The notes under the pieces were generated by a model. The model saw only the letters and a program-made list of their open reading frames with translations. It made no database searches and was not told the DNA's origin. From NCBI GenBank assembly GCA_035445085.1, contig DAOMQA010000004.1, forward strand, positions 86,788-150,787: 64,000 bases of DNA, read 5' to 3'. This document shows positions 39,224-49,466 of the stretch, one piece after another. The DNA comes from Candidatus Kapaibacterium sp. (GTDB lineage: Bacteria; Bacteroidota; Ignavibacteria; Kapaibacteriales; UBA2268). Every line of letters starts with the position of its first letter. The stretch's first letter is position 1. Made by a program: the position numbers and the translations under genes.

Positions 39224-40150
39224 TTATTTAAACCTCTGACCTAATAAAGCTAATAAAGCCATTCTTATAAATACACCATGCGTAACTTGCGTTTGAATTA
39301 AACAGTTCTTTTCAAAACTAATATTATAATCTAATTCAACACCGTAATTTACAGGTCCAGGGTGCATTACAACTAAGTCTTTTTTCCTTTTAAATTGCTC
39401 TATACTCAAACCATAGTATCTATTAAATTCACGTATCGAAGGTAGCATTCCGTTTTCCATTCTTTCACGTTGTAATCTAAGTACTAATATTACGTCTGCC
39501 CATTCCACTGCCTCGTCCATAGTTTCGCAAAATTGACAGTCCCAAATATTTAAATGCCTTGGCAATAGTGTACCCGGTCCGCATAAACGTACTTCGGCAC
39601 CTAAAGTTTTAAGTAAAGCGATATTGGAGCGCGCTACTCTACTATGCAAAATATCTCCACTAATACATACTTTCAAGTCCTTAAAAGTTTTGAAATGTTG
39701 GCGTAAAGTATATGCATCTAATAAGGCTTGAGTAGGGTGTGCGTGTTTGCCATCACCTGCGTTCAATATCGTATCATCAGTATGATCTTGAAGAAACTTA
39801 GGTGTACCACTCTTTGAATGCCTAACTACATACATTTGCACGCCCATAGCTTCAATAGTTCTTAAAGTATCAATTAATGACTCACCTTTTGTTAAGCTAC
39901 TTGTTGAAGATTGGAATGAAATACTATCAGCAGAAAGTCTTTTTGCAGCAATATCAAAAGATAATTTGGTTCTTGTTGAAGGCTCAAAGAAAGCCATTGC
40001 AATAGTAATACCCTTAAGTTCATCGAACTTAGTACCAGGCTTATAATTGGATATATAATAGTCAGTTAATTCAAAAATTGTCTGAATATCATCAAAAGTT
40101 AAATCAGACGATTGTATTAGCGAGGTTACAGATAATCTTTTATTTAGCAT
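39224..40150 (-). CDS. pyrB: Aspartate carbamoyltransferase catalytic subunit
   Basis: STRTKLSF carbamoyl-phosphate motif and HPTQALLD. 308 aa. Confidence 0.9.
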   Translation of the reverse strand: MLNKRLSVTSLIQSSDLTFDDIQTIFELTDYYISNYKPGTKFDELKGITIAMAFFEPSTRTKLSFDIAAKRLSADSISFQSSTSSLTKGESLIDTLRTIEAMGVQMYVVRHSKSGTPKFLQDHTDDTILNAGDGKHAHPTQALLDAYTLRQHFKTFKDLKVCISGDILHSRVARSNIALLKTLGAEVRLCGPGTLLPRHLNIWDCQFCETMDEAVEWADVILVLRLQRERMENGMLPSIREFNRYYGLSIEQFKRKKDLVVMHPGPVNYGVELDYNISFEKNCLIQTQVTHGVFIRMALLALLGQRFK

Positions 40151-40182
40151 ATTTTTTTATCATAAATTAATAAATTTTACAA

Positions 40183-40211
40183 AAATAAAAAAAGCCGTTC
40201 AAAAAACGGCT
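40183..40211 (-). terminator. Rho-independent terminator of the HU gene
   Basis: On the minus strand, a GCCGTTTTTTGAACGGC hairpin is followed by T6AT5. It lies about 27 nt after the HU stop. Confidence 0.6.
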
Positions 40212-40237
40212 AATTATTTTTATAAATAGAAGGTAAT

Positions 40238-40549
40238 TTATTTTTTCTTACCTTTCTTTTTCGGAGCTTCCACAACTGGATTAACTAAATCCTTTAAGGT
40301 TTTACCTGCTTTAAACTTAGCAGTCTTTCTTGCTGGGATTTCAATTGTTTCACCAGTACGCGGATTTTTACCAGTTCTGGCTTGTTTTTCCATTACAGAA
40401 AAAGTTCCAAAACCAATTAAAGTAACAGAATCACCATTTTTCAAAGCAGTAGATACCGCTTCAAAAGTGGCTTTAATTGCCTTTTCTGCATTTACCTTAG
40501 TAAGGTCTGCAACTTCGGCAACATGATTAACTAGATCAGTTTTATTCAT
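40238..40549 (-). CDS. hup: HU family DNA-binding protein with a Lys-rich C-terminal tail
   Basis: MNKTDLVNHVAE...GFGTF...RTGKNPRTGETIEIPA is the HU/IHF fold. The tail is KKKGKKK. The start is taken at the Met preceded by AGGAGTG at -10. The track ORF extends 10 codons upstream and would swallow the SD. Confidence 0.8.
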   Translation of the reverse strand: MNKTDLVNHVAEVADLTKVNAEKAIKATFEAVSTALKNGDSVTLIGFGTFSVMEKQARTGKNPRTGETIEIPARKTAKFKAGKTLKDLVNPVVEAPKKKGKKK

Positions 40550-40712
40550 TCCAATCAGCACTCCTATATTGTGTAACAAAAATAATTAATAATGAAAACT
40601 AATAAAATCTTAATAGTTGTCTTAAATAATTAAGAATTAATAGTTTCTACAATAGCACTTTTGTAAAGTTAATAAATAATAAATTAACAAACAATACATT
40701 TTTATTTTTTTT

Positions 40713-40737
40713 GTATAAAAAAAGCTTTTTTTTATAC
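40713..40737. repeat. A/T-tract palindrome (GTATA7GC T8ATAC) immediately 3' of pgpA
   Basis: Near-perfect 25-bp palindrome centred on AGCT, 7 nt after the pgpA stop. It could act as a weak bidirectional terminator. Confidence 0.3.
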
Positions 40738-40744
40738 ATTTTCT

Positions 40745-41233
40745 TTAAATTTTTGCTATAAAGATTAAATTTTGAATAAAAATTATCAATTTAATCGATA
40801 TAACTGTAAAAATAGCAGCTAAAATATCATCAGCAATAACATAAAAGCTACCATTACGATTATTTAATAAATTTATAGGGAATGGCTTTAAAATATCAAA
40901 AAAGCGAAATAAAAATAAAGCTAAAAGCGAAATAAAAATATCATCAGCAATCAAACGGCTACTATAAATAAAACTCATTGCTATAAATTCGTCAACAACA
41001 ATAAAATCAGGATCAAAGCCAAACTCTCCCTCTACCCTTTTGATAGCAAAATATGATAATACTAATATTATACAAAGTATAATATTAGTAACTACAATAT
41101 ACGCTGGAGGTATACTTAGTATTATTAGGGCTAAGATAGAACCATAAGTGCCGGGCGCAGGCTTTAGTTTACCTACACCAAGCATTGTCGTTAATAATAA
41201 ATCAATCTTTCTTTGTAGCTTTTGGTTTAGCAA
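40745..41233 (-). CDS. pgpA: Phosphatidylglycerophosphatase A
   Basis: The PAPGTYGS motif and membrane topology are typical of PgpA. Confidence 0.72.
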   Translation of the reverse strand: MLNQKLQRKIDLLLTTMLGVGKLKPAPGTYGSILALIILSIPPAYIVVTNIILCIILVLSYFAIKRVEGEFGFDPDFIVVDEFIAMSFIYSSRLIADDIFISLLALFLFRFFDILKPFPINLLNNRNGSFYVIADDILAAIFTVISIKLIIFIQNLIFIAKI

Positions 41234-41792
41234 TGAATGTTACTCCATAGTCTATTAATGTCCAAACTGAAACAGCAGTAATTATAAGCATCATAGCATC
41301 AATATAGTTTGAATACAAAAGTTCACGATATAACTTATAAGAAATGTCAATACATTTAGAATAATATACTAAAATAATAGTGAGTACATAAAATATAAAA
41401 AGCATTTGTAGAAACGTTTTCCATTTAGCTGTTTTACTCGTTATAAGCCCACTCTTAGTTTCAAACTTATAAATTCTCATTAATGTAGTAAATAGGTCTC
41501 TAAAAATTACAATTACAACTAACCATATATTAATTATTTGAAAATTTGCAAATGCTAAAAAAGCAAAACTTGTTAAAAATTTATCAGCTAAAGGGTCAAA
41601 GAAATTTCCAAACTTAGACATTGAATTATATCTTCTGGCAAAAAAACCATCTAAATAATCCGTAATAGCTCCAAATACATATAGACAATATGCAATAATA
41701 ATTAGATTACTATCCCTCGATATTAATAATAGAAAAAATATAGGGGATAATATTAACCTAAGTATACTTAATATATTTGGTAAATAACTCAA
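41202..41792 (-). CDS. pgsA: CDP-diacylglycerol--glycerol-3-phosphate 3-phosphatidyltransferase
   Basis: CDP-alcohol phosphotransferase motif DYLDGFFARRYNSMSKFGNFFDPLADK. Confidence 0.8.
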   Translation of the reverse strand: MSYLPNILSILRLILSPIFFLLLISRDSNLIIIAYCLYVFGAITDYLDGFFARRYNSMSKFGNFFDPLADKFLTSFAFLAFANFQIINIWLVVIVIFRDLFTTLMRIYKFETKSGLITSKTAKWKTFLQMLFIFYVLTIILVYYSKCIDISYKLYRELLYSNYIDAMMLIITAVSVWTLIDYGVTFIAKPKATKKD

Positions 41793-42553
41793 TCCTTGCT
41801 AATCGTATCGGCTATTTTAATAATTGTAACAAACGAATTTAGTTTAAGTGAGGCCCCGCCTATTAATCCACCGTCAATATCTGGCATCTTCAATAATTCT
41901 TCAGCATTATTTTCATTTAAACTTCCACCATATAATATTCTATTATCAGAGATACCGTAATTATCATTAATAAAGTTTCTTAAAAAAGAGTGGACTTCTT
42001 GGGCTTGCTCTGAGCTTGCAGAAACACCTGTTCCAATCGCCCAAACAGGCTCATAAGCTAAAGTTACTCTCAATAAATCTTCATTGTTTATATCATCAAA
42101 AGCCTTTGATATTTGTTGCTCTAACACCTGAAATGTCTTATGAGATTGTCGTTCTTCTAAAGTTTCACCAATACATAAGATAGGATTCACTGTACTATTT
42201 AGCAATGCCTTTAATTTTAAATTAATTAGCTTATCATTTTCTAAAAAAATATGTCTTCTCTCTGAATGTCCAATAATCGAATATTGTATATTAATATCTT
42301 CTAACATTGTGATAGAAATTTCACCTGTAAATGCTCCTTTATCTTCATAAAAGCAATTCTGTGAACCTATTTGTATTTTGCTCCCAGCTAATTTACTACG
42401 TATAGCTTGTAGCCAAATAGTCGGTGGACAAATTAATACATCGCTATGAAGCATCTTTGCCTCATAGTCATTATTAATATTAGAAGATAAGTTTATTGCT
42501 TCTTGGAAAGAAAGGTTCATTTTCCAATTACCAGCTATCAAAAATTTTCTCAT
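41789..42553 (-). CDS. tpiA: Triosephosphate isomerase
   Basis: IAGNWKMN, the AYEPVWAIGTG active-site loop and GGSL motifs. Confidence 0.92.
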   Translation of the reverse strand: MRKFLIAGNWKMNLSFQEAINLSSNINNDYEAKMLHSDVLICPPTIWLQAIRSKLAGSKIQIGSQNCFYEDKGAFTGEISITMLEDINIQYSIIGHSERRHIFLENDKLINLKLKALLNSTVNPILCIGETLEERQSHKTFQVLEQQISKAFDDINNEDLLRVTLAYEPVWAIGTGVSASSEQAQEVHSFLRNFINDNYGISDNRILYGGSLNENNAEELLKMPDIDGGLIGGASLKLNSFVTIIKIADTISKD

Positions 42554-42558
42554 AGTTA

Positions 42559-43101
42559 TTACCTCGCCCTTTGAATTCCACTTACTTTAAAAATTTTATA
42601 ATTACTTAAATCAGGATTACTTTCAAATCCATACCCTGTTATTAATTCATTTTTAGTATTTATTTTAACAAACTCTTTAGAAAAAATTTTCTGTTTTGAA
42701 TTATCCCAATTCAATACTTCAGTTTCAAGCCTAACATTATTAGAATCAGATATAACTACTACATTACCCATAGCAATCATATCTTTTGATAAATCATCAA
42801 TTCTAGCGCTATCACTCGTTAGGATACTCATTCTTTTTTGAGTAAATCTTGATAAAAATACAACATTGACCATACTATCTAAAAATGTAGTATGTATTTT
42901 ATTAAATATACGTGCTTGTTTCGATTTTAATATTGCTTTGGTTATACTTGAATCTGCAAAAATAACTACAACATCGTTTGCAATTTGGTCTGCTTGCTCT
43001 TCATTCTGTAAAGAATTTGGTTTATAAGCTAACATTTCACTTCTATCTTTACAAGAGATAAATATACACACAGAAAATAGTATAATCACAATATACTTCA
43101 T
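42559..43101 (-). CDS. lptC: LptC-like LPS export periplasmic lipoprotein (OstA-fold)
   Basis: Lipoprotein signal (CIFISC) and OstA/LptC-type beta-jellyroll patterning (ADSS...GNVVVISDSNNVRLETEVLNWDNSKQKIFS). It overlaps the kdsA stop by 4 nt. Confidence 0.55.
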   Translation of the reverse strand: MKYIVIILFSVCIFISCKDRSEMLAYKPNSLQNEEQADQIANDVVVIFADSSITKAILKSKQARIFNKIHTTFLDSMVNVVFLSRFTQKRMSILTSDSARIDDLSKDMIAMGNVVVISDSNNVRLETEVLNWDNSKQKIFSKEFVKINTKNELITGYGFESNPDLSNYKIFKVSGIQRAR

Positions 43102-43877
43102 AAACTTTGTCTAAAATCGTAAATTTTTTTCAAATTATTTATAAAAGAATCTACCTCACTTAATTTTAGTTGTGTTGCAGCATCGCTTAAAGCTAATTTC
43201 GGTTCAGGATGGGTCTCAAAGAAAATGCCATCAATTCCTAAATTTAACGCTGAATATGCCAAAGGTAAAATAAATTCTGGGCGACCGCCAGAAACTTCAC
43301 CTTTAGATGGTTGCTGCACAGAATGCGTCGCATCGTATATAACGGGATAAATAGATTGCTTCATTGTAATCATAGATCTAAAATCAACTACTAAGTCGTG
43401 ATAGCCAAAAAAAGTACCTCGCTCTGTAAGTAATATTTGGCTGTTCCCCGTACTTCTGACTTTATCAGCAGCTTTAATTACATCTTCTGGGGCCATAAAT
43501 TGAGCCTTTTTAATATTAACTACTTTACCTGTATTACCAGCGGCTAACAAAATGTCTGTTTGTCGAGATAAAAACGCTGGAATTTGAAGTACATCTACAA
43601 ATTCTGCTGCCATTTTTGCCTCATTATCAGAATGAATATCGGTAATTGTTTTTACATTATATTTAGAGGCAATTTGAGCTATCCAATCTAATGCTTTAGA
43701 ATCCCCAACCCCACTAATAGAATTTATACTAGTCCTATTCGCTTTACGATACGATGCTTTAAAGTAAAAATCTATTTTATCATTATCGATTACTTGCAAT
43801 AAATGGCTACAAACTTCATCTAATAAAGATAGAGATTCTGCTAAACAAGGACCAGCTATTAAAGTTAATTTATTCAA
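43098..43877 (-). CDS. kdsA: 3-deoxy-8-phosphooctulonate synthase
   Basis: The LIAGPCLAES N-terminus and conserved DAHF-family motifs. 259 aa. Confidence 0.9.
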   Translation of the reverse strand: MNKLTLIAGPCLAESLSLLDEVCSHLLQVIDNDKIDFYFKASYRKANRTSINSISGVGDSKALDWIAQIASKYNVKTITDIHSDNEAKMAAEFVDVLQIPAFLSRQTDILLAAGNTGKVVNIKKAQFMAPEDVIKAADKVRSTGNSQILLTERGTFFGYHDLVVDFRSMITMKQSIYPVIYDATHSVQQPSKGEVSGGRPEFILPLAYSALNLGIDGIFFETHPEPKLALSDAATQLKLSEVDSFINNLKKIYDFRQSL

Positions 43878-43945
43878 AATTTTTCCAAAGTTTATTAGTC
43901 ATTAGTCAAAAATACATATTTTTGATAAGATTGAAAAGTTTGATA

Positions 43946-43967
43946 TTACAAATTAAAATATTTGTAA
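43946..43967. promoter_or_regulatory. Perfect 8-bp inverted repeat (TTACAAAT-N6-ATTTGTAA), a candidate operator upstream of comB
   Basis: It sits in the divergent kdsA/comB intergenic region, 27 nt before the comB ATG. A tandem ATTAGTC ATTAGTC lies just upstream. Confidence 0.3.
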
Positions 43968-43993
43968 TATAGTATAAGAGCATTTATGGGGGA

Positions 43994-44770
43994 ATGAAAA
44001 TGTTTATTGATACTTATTTAAGTCCTTATTTTCCTGAGACTGAAAATTTATTTGACGATAGTATAGTTGTAATGATTGACGTACTTAGAGCTAGTACAAC
44101 AATTTGTGCAGCATTGTATAATGGTGCCAAAGAAGTAATCCCTTGCGATACCTTAGACAAAGCCGTTTCGGTATACAATAATATGAGTAAAGATGTTAGG
44201 TTTTTGGGCGGAGAGCGAAATGGACTTAAGCCAAGTGGGTTTGATGCAGGTAATTCGCCTTTAGAATATACTAACGACATAATTAAAGATAAATCTGTAA
44301 TTATGTCTACCTCTAACGGCACTAAAACTTTTTTAAAGGCGAAATTAGCACGCCGCAAAGTTGTGGCAGGTTTCGTTAATCATAGCACAATACTTGATTT
44401 CCTAGATTCTCAAATAGATGAATATAATAGTGAAAATAGACAAATTCGTATATTTATATTATGCTCTGGTACCAATGGTAGATTATCATATGAAGATATC
44501 ATTTGTGCAGGCTCGTTCGTTAATGCGCTATCTAATAAGTATATATTTGATAAATTAAGTGATTCTGCAGAAATCGCCAAAAAACTCTACTCTATTAATC
44601 AAAGCTCACTCAAACAAGTACTTACCGATAGTGAACATGCAAAAAGATTGATAGAAATAGGTTTTGTTGAAGACGTAAATATAGCTTTCTCTTATGATAC
44701 TTATCCTATTTTACCTAAATTTGTTGGAAGCTCAATAAAAAATTTGCAACAAACCTTAAGTGATTTATAG
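43994..44770 (+). CDS. comB: 2-phosphosulfolactate phosphatase family protein (ComB-like)
   Basis: IDVLRASTTICAAL and the overall roughly 250-aa ComB-family pattern. Confidence 0.72.
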   Translation: MKMFIDTYLSPYFPETENLFDDSIVVMIDVLRASTTICAALYNGAKEVIPCDTLDKAVSVYNNMSKDVRFLGGERNGLKPSGFDAGNSPLEYTNDIIKDKSVIMSTSNGTKTFLKAKLARRKVVAGFVNHSTILDFLDSQIDEYNSENRQIRIFILCSGTNGRLSYEDIICAGSFVNALSNKYIFDKLSDSAEIAKKLYSINQSSLKQVLTDSEHAKRLIEIGFVEDVNIAFSYDTYPILPKFVGSSIKNLQQTLSDL

Positions 44771-44771
44771 A

Positions 44772-47711
44772 ATGAACGAGACAAATACGAATATTGACAG
44801 CGACGTTCAACAAGCAAACTATAATATGCAAATACGGATAATATCTATTTTAGGAATATTAATATCTGTTCTTATCTTCTTGTCATTACTTTCATTTAGC
44901 CCTTCTGATGAACAAAATGCTCAAATTAGTGTATCCGATATATTTAAGTTGTTTACTGGAGATGATGAATTAGAGGCAAAGGCATCAATAACTAAAAACT
45001 GGTTAGGCTTAGCAGGTGCAAAAATATCCGATATTATCTATAATGGCACTATTGGCTATTATGCATTTTCATTTCCACTCATTATAATATATTGGTTGGT
45101 AGTGATATTTTTAAAGAAAAATATTTCAAAAAACTTAATAAAATACACTATCATTTATTTTCTAATGGGAATATTTTTCTCTGGCTTTATTGGTTCACTA
45201 CAACATATTGATTTCCTAAATACTATCCCAAAAGAATGGAGTGGCAGTATTGGACAGTTTATCTCAAATCTATTAATATCAATAGTGGGCATATTTTTTT
45301 CTATAGTCGTTTTTGCTTCTGGAATTGTATTCGTAATCTATTTAAGTTCAGAAGTTAGAACAATCATAGATGACAAGATTAATATAAAAGAAAAATTAAT
45401 ACACTTTTTTGATTTTAACCAAATATTTAGAAAAGAAGATAATACTAATACTACACAGAAAGTTACAAACACGGATAATGAATCAATAATCGATAATAAT
45501 GTTGATACAAAGAAAGAAGATAATACGAATATAATTAATACTAATGATGTTGCAATTGAAGAAGAGTCGTTTAGCCCTAATCTCCCCTATGCTAATCCAA
45601 TTGAAAATTCAAATTTAACTAATGTTCCAAATGACTTTGCTTCAGACCCTATTGTTAAGATACTGAAGTCCCCTAAATTAAATATAAAGAAAATTAATCC
45701 TGAAGAGCTTAACAATAGTATAGATTATAATCCATTTGAAGATAATATAGCTAGCAACGAATCTTCCGAAAATGATTTTTTACTTAAAGAACATAAAATC
45801 AATCAAATTGATAATGATACACCCAAAAAATTATTAAACGCCGAAGAAATCGACAAACAAAACACTGAGTTATTAGTTAAATTTGATAGTGCTATAAATG
45901 ATTTACAGGAATTAATTGAGTCCGATAATACAACAGCAAGTTTAGCACCATTAAAGGAAAATCATACTAATAAACCTTCCGATGAACAATCTTCTGTAAA
46001 GGAGAATTTGAAAGCAATTAAGGCAACGATAAATTTAAATACAAGTAAACTCGAAACGGCAGATAAAGATTCTTCATATACTGAAGAAACTAATCTCAAA
46101 GCAGTAGAACATAAAAAGATAGATACTTTAATAGAACAACCTGTATCTTCTCCAAAGCCAGTAAATATAAACATATCCAAGGATATCAGCAAGGATAATG
46201 AATTGCCATTTCAATTATCTACTGCAATCCATGATGAGAATATAGTATACCAAAATCCAAGTTTTAACTTACTAAATAACCAATCTTCTAAAACGAATGT
46301 AAATGAAGCAGAACTTGAGACAAATGCACGTATACTACAAGAAAAATTAGAAACATTTAAAATTTATATTGAAGACCTTACTGTAACACCTGGTCCAGTA
46401 GTTACACAATATGAATTCGTTCCAGCTCCTGGGATTAAAATATCAAAAATAGAGAGCCTAACTGATGACTTAGCTATGGCGCTCAAAGCTAAAGGTATTA
46501 GAATTATTGCCCCAATTCCTGGCAAAGGTACCATTGGAGTGGAAATACCAAATACCAATCCTTCAGTAGTGAGATTTGGCGAGATAGTAAACAGCAATAA
46601 ATTCCATAATTCTAACGCAAAACTTCCTATCGCACTAGGAAAAACGATTTCGGGCGAGGTATTTATTGCGGACTTAACAAAAATGCCCCACCTATTGATA
46701 GCTGGTTCAACTGGTTCGGGTAAATCCGTTGGGGTTAATACTTTAATCGCTTCTATACTATACAAAAAACATCCATCTGAAGTGAAATTTGTAATCATCG
46801 ATCCTAAAAAAGTAGAACTTAGACAGTATGAAGGCTTGGCTAACCATTATATGGCAACGTCTCCTGATATTGAAGATATAATTGTTACCAAGTCTGAAGA
46901 CGCTGTTATTATCTTAAAATCAGCAGTCAAAGAAATGGAATTGAGATATGATTTATTAGCTTCAGTTGCACAACGTAACATAAGCGATTATAACGAAAGA
47001 GTAGCTAATGGAACTCTAAAAGTAAAAGATAATGAAGCATATAGAAAAATGCCATATATTGTTGTAATCATAGACGAGCTGGCTGACTTAATGCTCACAG
47101 CTTCTAAGGAAATTGAAGAACCAATAACCAGATTAGCTCAAATGGCAAGAGCAGTTGGTATACACTTAGTTATAGCAACACAAAGACCATCTGTGGATGT
47201 AATTACAGGTATAATAAAAGCAAATTTCCCAGCTAGGATAGCATATTTAGTTGCTTCTAAAATCGACTCAAGGACTATTTTAGATATGCAGGGTGCAGAG
47301 CAACTATTGGGTCAAGGAGATATGTTATTTTTACCATCTGGACAACCGAAGCCTGTTAGAATTCAGAACGCATATATAAGCACTGAGGAAGTTGAATCAG
47401 TGTGTGAGTTTATTGAAGCTCAACAAGGATATTCCGAGCCTTATTATATGCCAACCTTAACAGAAAAAACAAATAAAGATATGATAAGTCCAGAAGATAG
47501 AGATGAATTATTTGAAGAAGCGGCAAGACTCATTATTAGAACACAGCAGGGTTCAGTATCTTTACTTCAACGAAGACTCAAGATTGGGTATGCAAGAGCT
47601 GGAAGGATTGTCGATGAGTTAGAAGCCGCAGGCGTGGTTGGACCATTTGATGGCAGCAAAGCTAGGTTAGTATTATTAGATTCTGAAAGCCAGCTTGAGG
47701 CAATACTATGA
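44772..47711 (+). CDS. ftsK: DNA translocase FtsK/SpoIIIE
   Basis: N-terminal 4-5 TM segments, a long N/D/T-rich linker, the motor domain (GSTGSGKSVGVN, DELADLM, ATQRPS) and the C-terminal gamma wHTH (SVSLLQRRLKIGYARAGRIVDELE). The start is placed at MNETN just after the comB stop. Confidence 0.9.
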   Translation: MNETNTNIDSDVQQANYNMQIRIISILGILISVLIFLSLLSFSPSDEQNAQISVSDIFKLFTGDDELEAKASITKNWLGLAGAKISDIIYNGTIGYYAFSFPLIIIYWLVVIFLKKNISKNLIKYTIIYFLMGIFFSGFIGSLQHIDFLNTIPKEWSGSIGQFISNLLISIVGIFFSIVVFASGIVFVIYLSSEVRTIIDDKINIKEKLIHFFDFNQIFRKEDNTNTTQKVTNTDNESIIDNNVDTKKEDNTNIINTNDVAIEEESFSPNLPYANPIENSNLTNVPNDFASDPIVKILKSPKLNIKKINPEELNNSIDYNPFEDNIASNESSENDFLLKEHKINQIDNDTPKKLLNAEEIDKQNTELLVKFDSAINDLQELIESDNTTASLAPLKENHTNKPSDEQSSVKENLKAIKATINLNTSKLETADKDSSYTEETNLKAVEHKKIDTLIEQPVSSPKPVNINISKDISKDNELPFQLSTAIHDENIVYQNPSFNLLNNQSSKTNVNEAELETNARILQEKLETFKIYIEDLTVTPGPVVTQYEFVPAPGIKISKIESLTDDLAMALKAKGIRIIAPIPGKGTIGVEIPNTNPSVVRFGEIVNSNKFHNSNAKLPIALGKTISGEVFIADLTKMPHLLIAGSTGSGKSVGVNTLIASILYKKHPSEVKFVIIDPKKVELRQYEGLANHYMATSPDIEDIIVTKSEDAVIILKSAVKEMELRYDLLASVAQRNISDYNERVANGTLKVKDNEAYRKMPYIVVIIDELADLMLTASKEIEEPITRLAQMARAVGIHLVIATQRPSVDVITGIIKANFPARIAYLVASKIDSRTILDMQGAEQLLGQGDMLFLPSGQPKPVRIQNAYISTEEVESVCEFIEAQQGYSEPYYMPTLTEKTNKDMISPEDRDELFEEAARLIIRTQQGSVSLLQRRLKIGYARAGRIVDELEAAGVVGPFDGSKARLVLLDSESQLEAIL

Positions 47712-49423
47712 TAAAATCATTAAAAATTAAAAATTTCATTCTCATTGACGAAATTGAAATACACTTATCCCCCTATCTTAATATTATCATAGGAGAGACT
47801 GGCTCAGGCAAGTCAATGTTACTCGACGCTTTATTAATATTATTCGGGGGGCGTGCCTCAGTAGAATTTGTTCGTAAAGGCGAAAATAAAGCCCTGATAG
47901 AAGCAGAAATAATTCATTTTAACAATAGCGTGAGTAAATTTTTATCTGATAATGACTTGGATTCAGAAGAAGACTTACTATTGATTCGCAAGGAAATATC
48001 AGCCAAAGGTAATACGCGAAATTTTATTAATGATACACCAGTTAATTTATCTCAATTAAAGGAGCTTGGTGATATATTAATTGATTTTCACGGACAGCAC
48101 GAGCACCAATCTTTATTAAATGCACTGAACCATATAAATGTCCTTGATAATTCTAGTAATTATAAGGAATTAATGACAATATACGCACAAGAATATGATA
48201 AGCTAAAGCAGACACTAAATGAATTAAATCTGATTTTAAAACGAGAAAGCGATTTAAGCCAAAGAATAAAACAACGCCAATTTATTTATGAAGAAATAGT
48301 TAGTATCGATCCAGTTCAAAACGAAGATGTTAATTTGGAAAATGAGCTAAAATTATTAGAGAACTCAGAACTATTAATACATAGCTCTAATGAAATATAC
48401 AACGATCTATACGCTAATGATAATTCAATCTTCAGTAAACTATCTGAAATTATTTCTAAAATAAATAAAATTACATCTTTTAATCCAAATATTCAAGATC
48501 AAGTAGAAGAGCTAAATTCATCTCGAATTATCACCAAAGAAGTTGCCAACACTATAAAAACAATAAGTGAAAAAATAGAATTTTCATCTGATAAAATAGA
48601 AGATTTTAGATTAAGGTATTCTAAAATTAAATCTCTAATAAAGAAATATGGTAGTTTAGATGAAATTTTAAGACTTAGACTCGAAATAGAAACGGAAAAT
48701 GCAAACATAGAAGGTTTTGACTTAAAGATACAAGAATTAAAAGCGGAATTAAGTAAACAACAGAAATTAGTTGGTAATTTAGCTTTTGATTTAAGTCGTA
48801 AGAGAAAAACTGCGGCAAACGAACTTTCTCTTCAAATATCTGAATTACTCAAGGATATGGGTATTAAATATGTAGAGTTTGAGACTAAGTTTGAAGTAAC
48901 AAAAATTCAACAAGACAAAGCAAGTAAAGTATATTGCGAGATTAATGATGAATTTTACGAATGTAGTAGCACCGGTATAGATAAGGTAGAGTTTTATATT
49001 TCTACAAATAAAGGGCAAAGTATAGCTCCGTTAGCAGTTGTGGCTTCGGGTGGAGAAATTAGCAGAATTATGTTAGCTTTAAAGAAAGTAATTTCTAATA
49101 GTGACATAATTGATACTATGGTATTTGACGAAATAGATACTGGGATTAGTGGGAGAATTGCCCAGATGGTCGGTAGTATGATGAAACAAATATCAATGCA
49201 GAAACAAATTATTGCTATAACTCACCTCCCACAGATAGCCGCGCTTGGGGATAAAAACTTTGTCGTAAAAAAACAAGAAGAGAGCGGAATCGAAATATCT
49301 AAAACGTTTGAATTAAATAAAGAAGAAAAAATTGAAGAAATTGCGAGAATGTTGAGTGGGGAATCTATAAGTGAGAATACGTTGCAATCAGCATTAGAGC
49401 TTATTAACTTTTCAAAACAATAA
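47708..49423 (+). CDS. recN: DNA repair protein RecN
   Basis: Walker A GETGSGKS at the N-terminus, coiled-coil middle, C-terminal signature/Walker B (VFDEIDTGISG). ATGA overlap with the ftsK stop. Confidence 0.9.
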   Translation: MIKSLKIKNFILIDEIEIHLSPYLNIIIGETGSGKSMLLDALLILFGGRASVEFVRKGENKALIEAEIIHFNNSVSKFLSDNDLDSEEDLLLIRKEISAKGNTRNFINDTPVNLSQLKELGDILIDFHGQHEHQSLLNALNHINVLDNSSNYKELMTIYAQEYDKLKQTLNELNLILKRESDLSQRIKQRQFIYEEIVSIDPVQNEDVNLENELKLLENSELLIHSSNEIYNDLYANDNSIFSKLSEIISKINKITSFNPNIQDQVEELNSSRIITKEVANTIKTISEKIEFSSDKIEDFRLRYSKIKSLIKKYGSLDEILRLRLEIETENANIEGFDLKIQELKAELSKQQKLVGNLAFDLSRKRKTAANELSLQISELLKDMGIKYVEFETKFEVTKIQQDKASKVYCEINDEFYECSSTGIDKVEFYISTNKGQSIAPLAVVASGGEISRIMLALKKVISNSDIIDTMVFDEIDTGISGRIAQMVGSMMKQISMQKQIIAITHLPQIAALGDKNFVVKKQEESGIEISKTFELNKEEKIEEIARMLSGESISENTLQSALELINFSKQ

Positions 49424-49466
49424 TCTTATCAAATTCTACGTTAAGGCAAAGAAATTAGACTGAATT

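Noticed and set aside
40550-40712. Long AT-rich leader upstream of the HU gene, a possible sRNA or regulatory element
   Set aside because: It has no stable structure or conserved motif beyond the A/T palindrome at 40713..40737. It is most simply a strong promoter/UP-element region for a highly expressed gene.
45400-46300. Long Asn/Asp/Thr-rich low-complexity stretch that might look like a repeat protein or intergenic junk
   Set aside because: It is the in-frame linker of FtsK between the membrane anchor and the motor. FtsK linkers are characteristically low-complexity.
46364-46798. 144-aa minus-strand ORF inside ftsK
   Set aside because: It is antisense to the FtsK motor domain (Walker A region). 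Shadow ORF.
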